DNA of 64,000 nucleotides from Halobacteriovoraceae bacterium (lineage in GTDB: Bacteria > Bdellovibrionota > Bacteriovoracia > Bacteriovoracales > Bacteriovoracaceae), in contig CAVRCF010000002.1 of assembly GCA_963719505.1 (NCBI GenBank), forward strand, positions 64,001 to 128,000, in the 5' to 3' direction. Shown one piece after another: positions 10,721 to 23,256 of this stretch. A model generated the notes under the pieces. It was not told the DNA's origin. It saw only the letters and a list, made by a program, of their open reading frames with translations, and searched no databases. The translations under genes and the position numbers were made by a program. Within the stretch, counting starts at the first letter, position 1; each line of letters begins with the position of its first letter.

Positions 10721-11509
10721 ATGAGAAATACACAAGTAATTACCGGACGCAAGAGATCTGAATTTTCTCGATTTGCTGCACTGAGTACAATTTTACGAAC
10801 AACCGAGGTTCAAATCTGTATCGGCCTAATTATCATAGGCCTAGTGACGATCTTTGCCAAAGAGCATATTGCAACCTCTCAACTCAATACTATTCAACCT
10901 CCTTCCTATTCTTTCTCTGATGTGAAGTTTGGTTTTGCTGATGCTGGAGTGACTCTAGAGAGTCGTCTTAATCTTGAGCACTCTCTTTTGATGTCTTTGC
11001 CTGGAGATATTAGAGGGAGAGCGAAGCCTTTTATCAAAGCAATTTTAAAGATCAGTGAGATTTATAGCCTTGATCCGATCTGGGTCTCTTCTGTTGTTTG
11101 GACAGAAAGCCACTTTAAGCCCCGTGCAAATAGTCCTATTGGGGCCAGAGGTCTTATGCAGCTAATGCCTACGACGAAAGCTTATATTTATAAGAAACTC
11201 AAAAAACGAAAAATGTACCTTATTGTTGAGAAACCTAATTTTAGACTCAGTGAGTTTTTTGATTTTGAAATCTCAAAAGAGGAAGAAAAGTATTACGCCG
11301 ATCGTCTCGTTAACTTGGAGATTGGAATCTTCTACTTAAAGCGCTTGCTTAAAAGATTTGATGGCCAACATAGGATTGCGACTATTGCTTACAACATGGG
11401 ACCGACTTGGACCCGAAGAAAGCTTCGAGAAAACTATCCTTTAGGCTCAAAAAATAATTATTTAGCAAAAGTCACAAGAGCTTATGACCATATTTTAAAA
11501 AGTATCTAA
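10721..11509 (+). CDS. Membrane-anchored lytic transglycosylase (SLT domain)
   Basis: TESHF (catalytic Glu), GARGLMQLMP, AYNMG; N-terminal TM segment. Confidence 0.9.
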   Translation: MRNTQVITGRKRSEFSRFAALSTILRTTEVQICIGLIIIGLVTIFAKEHIATSQLNTIQPPSYSFSDVKFGFADAGVTLESRLNLEHSLLMSLPGDIRGRAKPFIKAILKISEIYSLDPIWVSSVVWTESHFKPRANSPIGARGLMQLMPTTKAYIYKKLKKRKMYLIVEKPNFRLSEFFDFEISKEEEKYYADRLVNLEIGIFYLKRLLKRFDGQHRIATIAYNMGPTWTRRKLRENYPLGSKNNYLAKVTRAYDHILKSI

Positions 11510-11931
11510 TGATGAATGATCTTGAAACCTCCAGAGCAGATCTGCTGGTCAAAACACAAGACCTTGTGAATTTGATTGTTCAAAGAAAGAAACTTGTCTC
11601 AAAAATTCAAAAATTAAAAGCAAAAAATACTCCTTTTGGAAACTTTGATCCAGAAAGAGAGTTTTTGGTTTTTCGAGGCCTCGACAATATCTCGAGCTTC
11701 AGCATGCTTGAACTTTTGAGCCTCTCGTGCATAATGGAAGATCAAGCGAGGGCCGATGGTTCATATCCTGCATGGAGCCAAGGCGAACACTTAGAGGAAA
11801 AGTTTCCACTTGGTGTTGAACAGCAAATTAATCCCATTTTACTGGCCACGGTTTATCCCAGTCGTTATGATTCCTTGCCTCTAAAAGTTGAGTTCAAAGT
11901 GGCAATTGAAAAAGCCTCGGAGAGAAAATGA
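11509..11931 (+). CDS. Chorismate mutase type II (AroQ)-like protein with C-terminal extension
   Basis: R..L...QDLVNLIVQRKKLVSKIQKLK...DPERE pattern; directly upstream of cmk. Confidence 0.65.
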   Translation: MMNDLETSRADLLVKTQDLVNLIVQRKKLVSKIQKLKAKNTPFGNFDPEREFLVFRGLDNISSFSMLELLSLSCIMEDQARADGSYPAWSQGEHLEEKFPLGVEQQINPILLATVYPSRYDSLPLKVEFKVAIEKASERK

Positions 11932-12641
11932 AACAAAAAGTTATCGCCATCGATGGTCCATCTGGAAGTGGAAAGTCGACAATTGCAAAAATTATTTCAC
12001 AAAAATTGAATCTGACCTACCTCGATACTGGTGCGATGTTTCGTGCCATAGCTTATTCTCTCAAGGATCTTTCCATAGACTTCTCCCAAGAAAATCTTTC
12101 AGAGAATGAAATTCAAATTGTCAGCGACTACCTTCAGAATCTAAACTTTGAATACGGAATCGATGAAAAAACCTTGATAAGACTCAATGGTGTTAATCTC
12201 ACTGAAGAAATTCGAGAGCACTTTGTCTCAGAATTAGCATCAAAGACTTCTAAGTTTCCCATTATTAGAAATTATTTAAAAGAAAAACAACGAGAAATCG
12301 CCAGCACCAAGCCCTCTGTTTTAGAAGGTAGAGATATTGGAACCGTTATTTTTCCAAATGCTTTAGTAAAGATATTCCTTACCGCAGACTCAAAGGTGAG
12401 GGCAAAGCGAAGGTTTGAGCAACTTGTTGAGAAGGATCCAAAAGTCGCATCATCTTTAAGTGTCGACTCCATTCAAGCAGATATTGAGTCTCGAGATGAG
12501 GTTGATCAGTCCAGAGAGACGGCACCTCTTAAAAAAGCAAAGGATGCCATTTCTATCGATACTAGTCATAAATCTATCGATGCTGTTGCCGATGAGATAA
12601 TATCTGAATATGATAAGAAAAAAGATTTATTCAAAGCTTAA
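11928..12641 (+). CDS. cmk: Cytidylate kinase
   Basis: IAIDGPSGSGKST, YLDTGAMFR, EGRDIGTVIFP. Confidence 0.95.
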   Translation: MKQKVIAIDGPSGSGKSTIAKIISQKLNLTYLDTGAMFRAIAYSLKDLSIDFSQENLSENEIQIVSDYLQNLNFEYGIDEKTLIRLNGVNLTEEIREHFVSELASKTSKFPIIRNYLKEKQREIASTKPSVLEGRDIGTVIFPNALVKIFLTADSKVRAKRRFEQLVEKDPKVASSLSVDSIQADIESRDEVDQSRETAPLKKAKDAISIDTSHKSIDAVADEIISEYDKKKDLFKA

Positions 12642-12655
12642 CTAAGGCCACTAAA

Positions 12656-13660
12656 ATGATCTCTCAATCAAGACTAAATGAAATAACGAAAAAATTTGAT
12701 CAAATAAAACCTATTCTTGTTATAGGTGATGTTGGGATTGATAAATATTCTTTGGGGGCAGTCAATAGAATTTCCCCTGAAGCACCCGTGCCTGTTATTG
12801 AAGTGCAAAAAGAGTGGATGAAACTTGGTCTTGCGGCCAATGTCTCTGATAACTTAAAAAGTCTCTGTGTTGCGACAACTCTTTGTGGAGTGATCGGGGA
12901 TGATAAAAACGCCAACACTCTAGAAGAATTACTGGAGGAGTCAGAACTTAAAACCTGGGGACTTGTCAGAGATGAACAAAGAATGACAACTTTCAAAGAG
13001 CGAGTCGTCACCAGTGTTCAACAAATTTGTCGAATTGATTATGAAACAAAAGAGGGCATCTCCAATAGTACCTATGAGAGACTGAAAGAGAGATTTAACG
13101 AGTTTAAAGCCGAGCACTCCTCAATTATTCTTGAAGACTATGGTAAGGGGCTTTTTACAAAAACAGTTCTTGAATTTATTTTGAGCGATGCAAAAGAAAA
13201 TAACTTAAAAACATATGTCGATCCATCTCGCTCGACACCAGCCCATTGGTATAAAGGAGCAAGCTTCTTAAAGCCCAATGAGGTGGAAAGTGAAATCCTC
13301 GTCAAAGGACTGGGCTTTGATAAGAAAACCTCTATAGAGGAAAGAGCTAATATCCTAGTGGATAAACTAGATCTCGAAAAAGTGATCATCACCTTAGGTG
13401 CAAATGGTATGGCTTTACTAGATACAAGCACAGATGGAAAGGTTCACATTATTCCTACTGTTGCCAAAGATGTCTTTGATGTTTCTGGAGCGGGGGACAC
13501 TGCAATTAGTGCTATCGTTGCCTCTTTATCTGCTGGAGCAACTCTTGAGGAAGCTGCCTGGATTGGTAATTGCGCCTCTGGAATCGTGGTGGGTAAAAAA
13601 GGAACGGCTCTCGTTACTGTAGAAGAGCTAAAAAAGTATCACTCCAATCTCTCTTTTTAA
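12656..13660 (+). CDS. rfaE1: D-glycero-D-manno-heptose 7-phosphate kinase (standalone HldE/RfaE kinase domain)
   Basis: RISPEAPVPV, DYGKG, VFDVSGAGDT; no adenylyltransferase domain. Confidence 0.88.
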   Translation: MISQSRLNEITKKFDQIKPILVIGDVGIDKYSLGAVNRISPEAPVPVIEVQKEWMKLGLAANVSDNLKSLCVATTLCGVIGDDKNANTLEELLEESELKTWGLVRDEQRMTTFKERVVTSVQQICRIDYETKEGISNSTYERLKERFNEFKAEHSSIILEDYGKGLFTKTVLEFILSDAKENNLKTYVDPSRSTPAHWYKGASFLKPNEVESEILVKGLGFDKKTSIEERANILVDKLDLEKVIITLGANGMALLDTSTDGKVHIIPTVAKDVFDVSGAGDTAISAIVASLSAGATLEEAAWIGNCASGIVVGKKGTALVTVEELKKYHSNLSF

Positions 13661-13809
13661 AAAAGCCAAAGAGCTGCGCCAATAAACTTTGGCAAAGTCA
13701 GCAAAATGGTGCTTAAACCATTTCGGACTGGATTTTTGTAAGCGACCGAAATATCTCACTTTAAGTCTTAAATGCACAAACCTCTTTTTTCAAAGTGTGT
13801 TGGGCTTTA

Positions 13810-14000
13810 TCATGAAGAGAACAAATACCCGTCGAAACGGTGACTGTGTTGCGAAAGCCTCAGGAACAAAGTTCTGCCCTAAACAATACTGCATGGGTTG
13901 AGGGAACTGCCGAAACGGTTGAAAAGACAATTGCCCTTTGTGTTTGGATACACTTTAAACATGTCGGGTCACCTTATGGTTCTAAACTTTAAGGCGAGGG
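13810..14000 (+). ncRNA. Putative structured RNA, unclassified (riboswitch-like)
   Basis: GC-richer than flanks; stems CCGT/ACGG, CCTCA/TGAGG, GGAAC/GTTCT, GCCC/GGGT, TGTTTGGA/TTTAAACA, GGTGAC/GTCACC, CCTTA/TAAGG; CGAAACGGT occurs twice. Confidence 0.5.
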
Positions 14001-14038
14001 AGGTTGTGCTTTTTGGGAGGTTCTAGTGGGGCCATAAC

Positions 14039-14110
14039 TTGGCTTTTACATTCATAACAACATTCATATTTACATCCCTCGCGGGAGAAATGGTAAAACC
14101 ATTAATTTAG
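14039..14110 (+). CDS. Putative Phe-rich leader peptide (M)AFTFITTFIFTSLAGEMVKPLI
   Basis: TTG start; 4 Phe in the first 11 codons; ends 26 nt before a terminator upstream of pheS. Confidence 0.5.
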   Translation: MAFTFITTFIFTSLAGEMVKPLI

Positions 14111-14136
14111 CTAACACGCATTTCTTAAAATAAATC

Positions 14137-14168
14137 AGACCTGAGCATAGCCTCGGGTCTTTTTTTTT
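14137..14168 (+). terminator. Intrinsic terminator, possible pheST attenuator
   Basis: AGACCTGAG-CATAGC-CTCGGGTCT followed by T8. Confidence 0.85.
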
Positions 14169-14274
14169 GTCTAACTAAATCGATTTTGTTAATCTTTGCT
14201 CCACTTTATAAAGTAGGTATAAAGTAAGTTCGAATAATCATCATTAATGATTCATAGCAATAAGTGGGAAGAAG

Positions 14275-15315
14275 ATGTTACAAAAATTAGAAGAGTTACA
14301 AAAAAACTTTGATGCCCAAATTGACGGGTGCCTAAAACAGGCGGAAGTTCTAAATTTAAAATCACAAGTTCTAGGAAAAAAAGGTTCACTTTCTGAAATT
14401 TTAAAGTCCTTAAAAGATGCTTCAAACGAAGAGAGAAAAGCTATTGGACCTAAGTCTAATGAGGTTAAACAACATATTGAAAAAGCTGTCTTGAGTAAAC
14501 TCAATGAGATTGAACTCAAAGAAGTCAATGAAAAGCTAGAGCAAAATAAAATTGATTTCTCACTCCGCGACTCTCTTTTAGAGAGAGGATTGACGGACGC
14601 AGGTGTTCATCCAGTCAATAAGATCCAGCGTGAAGTTGAAGATATCTTTCTTTCTATGGGATTTGATGTCCTAGACGGACCCCATATTGAGGATGAATGG
14701 CACAATTTTGAAGCCTTAAATATTCCAGAGACCCATCCGGCTAGAGATATGCAAGATACGTTTTGGTTTAAAGATATGAAACATCTTCTCAGAACCCATA
14801 CTTCAACCATTCAAGTTCGTGGAATGGAGTCTCGCAAACCACCTTTTAAATTTGTAGGACCTGGAAAAGTCTTTCGTTGTGAAAGAACTGATGCCACTCA
14901 CGAGATGTGTTTTCATCAGTTGGAAGGAATGATGGTTGGTAAGGATATAACCGTTGGAAACCTTATCTATTTTATGAAAACTCTTTTAAAAGAAATCTTT
15001 AAAAAAGATATGGAAGTTCGACTTCGACCAGGGTTCTTTCCGTTCGTAGAACCGGGGTTTGAATTAGATATTAGATGGAAAAAACCAGACCCTAAAAAGG
15101 GAGAGTCGGAGCACTCTGGGTGGCTTGAACTTCTTCCGTGCGGGATGGTTCACCCCAATGTTCTCAAGGCTGGCGGGATAGATCCAGATGAATACAATGG
15201 TTTCGCTTTTGGACTTGGTCTCGATAGGCTTGTGATGGTTCGCTATGCGATCGAGGATATTCGTCATCTGCACTCTGGTGACCTTCGATTTAACAAACAA
15301 TTTAAAACTCACTAA
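14275..15315 (+). CDS. pheS: Phenylalanine-tRNA ligase alpha subunit
   Basis: HPARDMQDTF, LRTHTS, FHQLEG, FPFVEP, GFAFGLGLDR. Confidence 0.97.
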   Translation: MLQKLEELQKNFDAQIDGCLKQAEVLNLKSQVLGKKGSLSEILKSLKDASNEERKAIGPKSNEVKQHIEKAVLSKLNEIELKEVNEKLEQNKIDFSLRDSLLERGLTDAGVHPVNKIQREVEDIFLSMGFDVLDGPHIEDEWHNFEALNIPETHPARDMQDTFWFKDMKHLLRTHTSTIQVRGMESRKPPFKFVGPGKVFRCERTDATHEMCFHQLEGMMVGKDITVGNLIYFMKTLLKEIFKKDMEVRLRPGFFPFVEPGFELDIRWKKPDPKKGESEHSGWLELLPCGMVHPNVLKAGGIDPDEYNGFAFGLGLDRLVMVRYAIEDIRHLHSGDLRFNKQFKTH

Positions 15316-15350
15316 AAACTTTAGTTTATTAAAAGATAAGGAAAAAGACT

Positions 15351-17774
15351 GTGTTAATTTCACTCAATTGGATAAAAGAATTTGTAAATCTTCCCTCGCG
15401 TAGCCCTGATGATCTGGCCAACGATTTTACGATGACTACGGCAGAGGTTGAAGAGGTTAGTTCAACCTTTCAACATTTAAAAGCGATCAAAGTGGCCCAG
15501 ATTAAATCAATGCGCGCTCACCCTGAAGCGGATAAGCTAAATCTTGTGACCATCGATTTTGGCGAAAGCGAAAAGGAAGTCGTCTGTGGTGCTGGAAATG
15601 TGCGAGTAGGATTAAAAATTCCCTACGCTCCTCTTGGAGTAACTCTTCCAAATGGTCTGACCTTAGAACCAAAAAAGATTAGAGGTATTCTCTCTGAGGG
15701 TATGCTTTGTTCTGCCGATGAGTTAGGCCATGGTGAAAAGACAGATGGTCTTCTCGAGCTAGACGATGAAGCAAAAATTGGGACTCCTATGTTGGAGTAC
15801 TTTGGACTTGAGGCAGATACTATCATCGATGTCGATAATAAATCATTAACACACAGGCCTGACCTTTGGGGACATTACGGACTGGCCCGGGAGTTTTCTG
15901 CTCGCTATGAAACGGAGTTAAAAAATCCTTTCAATAGCGATTGGGCCCATAAGCTTGAGGCAAATTTCAACGCCGAAGAGAGTCCCATTAAACCAAAAGT
16001 TGATTCGGACTCCTGCTGTCTTGCCTATTACGGGTTGAGCCTAGATGGCGTTACAGTAACTGATTCCCCAGACTGGATGAAGGCAAAACTTGAGGCCGTG
16101 GGACTTCGGTCAATTAATAATATCGTGGATATTTCAAACTACGTGATGATGGAACTTGGAATGCCTTTGCATATTTTTGACAGAGAGACCATTAAAGACA
16201 ATACCATTCATATCCAAAGAGCAAAAGCTGGATCTACTTTTGTGACATTAGATGAAGTTGAAAGAAAGTTAGAAGAAAAAGATACAGTTATTTGCGACAG
16301 TGAAAAACCGCTTGTTCTAGCCGGGATAATGGGGGGACTCAATTCTGGAGTTTCTAATAAAACGACCAAGGTTTTTATTGAAGTTGCCAATTGGAAAGCT
16401 GAAGAAGTAAGAACGACTTCAACTCGCCTAGGACTTAGAACGGACTCTTCTGCAAGATATGAAAAGTCTCTGGATAGCCTTCAGTGTTATAAAACACTTC
16501 TGAGAACTTTGGATTTAGTTAAGCAGTTGTGTCCGGAAGTTAAAGTGATAGGAAAGCCGCAATACGATGGTGTTGACTTATCTACGATTAAAAATCTTGT
16601 TATTAAAACGAGTGCGACAAAGATTAATAAGACCTTAGGCCATGAAGTTTCAATTGATAAACTCAAATCAATTTTTTCTCATTTAGAATTCGAAGTGAAA
16701 GAAAACGGTGGCGATTTTGAACTCACAATCCCATCATTTAGAACGACGAAAGATATCGAATTAGAAGCCGATATTATTGAAGAGGTTGGAAGAATTATCG
16801 GTTATGACAATATAGAGCCTGTGAGTCCAATGACGGGTATTAAGTCGACACGATTTACTCCTGCGAAAACTCTTCACCGAAAAATTCAAGACTATTTAAC
16901 TCTTCAAGGAAAGTCTTTGGAGGTTATGACTTATCCTATGATAGGAGAGAAACTTTTGGACAAAGCAAAGTGGAGTCAAATGAATGAAGAGCTTGTTCTA
17001 GTGAACTCTCTATCGAAAGATGCAGATCGCATGCGACCAAGTCTTATACCGCATGCCCTCAATACTGCAGCTATAAATGCAAAACAATTTAATTCATTTT
17101 CTTTTTTCGAAATTGGGCGCGCTTATCTTCCTGATGCAAAAAATTTCTCTACAGAGAGACATCAAATTCTCATTGGTGTCTATGATAAAAAAGAAACTCC
17201 TTTCTTAAAGCTTTTAAATACAGTTGAAGGACTGATGGAATATTTAAATATCTCATTTGATTTCTCTACTGATTCAGGAAAGTTTGAAAACTTAGTTATT
17301 CCAAAGCAGTGGGAAGGAACTCATCCTCATGAATATATCAATATGAGAATTCAAGGAAAGTTCCTAGGAGCGTGTACTACTATTCACCCTCTCATGCTTA
17401 GAAACTTTAAAGCTAAAGGCTTCTTTTCTATCGCCGTGATAGATATTGCCGACCTTGAAAATAGAGAGCAAAAAGATAAAACTATGTACGCTCCTATTTC
17501 AAAGTTTCCAGGGTCAAAGTTTGACTGCACTGTCGTCGTAGAAAACAATGTTTCGGCATCTGAAGTCTTAGAGGCTTTAAAGAAAACGAAGATCAAGGAA
17601 CTAACTGAGAAAAAAATTGTTGATGTTTATCCTCTCGAGCTGGGCAAGCGTGCTATCACTATCTCTGTGACTTTCGAAGATGCTAGTAAAACGCTTGAAG
17701 CGGACTTTCTAAAGGCGTCAGAAAATAAGATAGTTTCGACTTTAGAGGGAGCTGGATTCCCGCTAAAAGCATAG
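15351..17774 (+). CDS. pheT: Phenylalanine-tRNA ligase beta subunit
   Basis: HPEADKL, VVCGA, SEGMLCS, INNIVDISNYVM, DIIEEVGRIIGY; 807 aa. Confidence 0.97.
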   Translation: MLISLNWIKEFVNLPSRSPDDLANDFTMTTAEVEEVSSTFQHLKAIKVAQIKSMRAHPEADKLNLVTIDFGESEKEVVCGAGNVRVGLKIPYAPLGVTLPNGLTLEPKKIRGILSEGMLCSADELGHGEKTDGLLELDDEAKIGTPMLEYFGLEADTIIDVDNKSLTHRPDLWGHYGLAREFSARYETELKNPFNSDWAHKLEANFNAEESPIKPKVDSDSCCLAYYGLSLDGVTVTDSPDWMKAKLEAVGLRSINNIVDISNYVMMELGMPLHIFDRETIKDNTIHIQRAKAGSTFVTLDEVERKLEEKDTVICDSEKPLVLAGIMGGLNSGVSNKTTKVFIEVANWKAEEVRTTSTRLGLRTDSSARYEKSLDSLQCYKTLLRTLDLVKQLCPEVKVIGKPQYDGVDLSTIKNLVIKTSATKINKTLGHEVSIDKLKSIFSHLEFEVKENGGDFELTIPSFRTTKDIELEADIIEEVGRIIGYDNIEPVSPMTGIKSTRFTPAKTLHRKIQDYLTLQGKSLEVMTYPMIGEKLLDKAKWSQMNEELVLVNSLSKDADRMRPSLIPHALNTAAINAKQFNSFSFFEIGRAYLPDAKNFSTERHQILIGVYDKKETPFLKLLNTVEGLMEYLNISFDFSTDSGKFENLVIPKQWEGTHPHEYINMRIQGKFLGACTTIHPLMLRNFKAKGFFSIAVIDIADLENREQKDKTMYAPISKFPGSKFDCTVVVENNVSASEVLEALKKTKIKELTEKKIVDVYPLELGKRAITISVTFEDASKTLEADFLKASENKIVSTLEGAGFPLKA

Positions 17775-17842
17775 CGTTAAATGTTTATAAAAACTTAATG
17801 AAAAAAAAGTGAAAAAAAATATAAATAAAATGAGAAAAAGTG

Positions 17843-17871
17843 TTGACGGAGTTGTAAGAGGAATATAGTAT
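17843..17871 (+). promoter_or_regulatory. rRNA operon sigma-70 promoter
   Basis: TTGACG-N17-TAGTAT preceded by A-tracts (UP-element-like); boxA-like TCTTTGACA near 17952 and again near 19840. Confidence 0.75.
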
Positions 17872-18153
17872 CCATGAACACTTTAAGACAAACGCAAGCA
17901 ACAAACAGCACATAGCTGCTGATTGGAAGTTTGCTGACTTAATTTTATGATCTTTGACATTTGAATAATGAAATAAGTTTTGAATCCCTCGGGATTCGAA
18001 AATAGACGAGAAAGAACCAAATTAATAGTTCTAGACAGATGAATTGATATAAAGACTTCGGTTTTTATTCTGTCGGCAACCATTATAATGATGAGTTGTT
18101 CTATCAAGCCACAAAACGAACATGAGTTAATTTATTAAATAATTTAAGTTTTA

Positions 18154-19698
<1,545 letters not shown>

Positions 19699-19928
19699 TA
19701 AGGATATAAATTATCCAGGTCAATACTATTAAACATTTTGGTTCTTTCTCCTCTCTATTTTCTTTATATTTTTAATATAAAAAATTTCTATAAAATTAAT
19801 TACAATCTTCAATTAACTTGGAGTTTTTAATAATCTTATTCTTTGACAATTACATAACAGGATCAGATAGAAGACGAGAACATAGTAAATTAACGATACA
19901 TTTTCGAATGTATCGCCCAAAAAACTAG

Positions 19929-22853
<2,925 letters not shown>

Positions 22854-22985
22854 TTTAATGTTTTTTGGGAATGTTAATTTACTATGTTTGAATCTTTTAT
22901 CTGATTTTGTTTTGTAATTGCAAAAGCGACGTAGCTGTCGTAAAAGAGCTAAGTTAAAAATATTGCTTAAATTGTTATACGATTT

Positions 22986-23101
22986 GGGTGTGTTTATAGC
23001 GCAGGGGAAACACCTAGTTACATCTCGAACCTAGAAGTTAAGTCCTGTTGCGGCGAAAGTAGTGCATGGGCGACTGTGTGTGAGGTTAGCAAAATGCACC
23101 C
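22986..23101 (+). rRNA. rrf: 5S rRNA
   Basis: Terminal helix GGGTGTGTTT/AAAATGCACCC; CGAAC..AGAAGTTAAG motif; position after 23S. Confidence 0.92.
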
Positions 23102-23107
23102 TTTAAT

Positions 23108-23161
23108 TTTTCTCTTCGGGGAAAGATATATAAAGAGGATCTTCGGATCCTCTTTTTTTTT
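23108..23161 (+). terminator. rRNA operon terminator region (two UUCG hairpins)
   Basis: TTTCTC-TTCG-GGGAAA, then AAGAGGATC-TTCG-GATCCTCTT with T-tract. Confidence 0.85.
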
Positions 23162-23256
23162 GTCTTTTTTGAACTGTCTTTGAGTAGTTAATTGCAAATA
23201 AAGTTGTATCAACAAAATTTCTCGACAGAGCAAGATGACTTAAGGAAAATATTTAA

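Noticed and set aside
13811-13850. Hammerhead ribozyme core (TGAAGAG...CGAAAC)
   Set aside because: The conserved C of CUGANGA is missing and stems I-III cannot be formed convincingly
13689-13901. 70-aa ORF in the pheS leader
   Set aside because: TTG start, no RBS or recognisable motif; overlaps the structured RNA
13810-14168. T-box riboswitch upstream of pheS
   Set aside because: ATGAAGAGAAC and AGGGA..GGTTGAAA recall stem I, but there is no GGTGGNACC antiterminator box and no clear UUC specifier loop
19699-19928. tRNA genes in the 16S-23S spacer
   Set aside because: AT-rich spacer with only processing stems and boxA; no cloverleaf or TTCG T-loop
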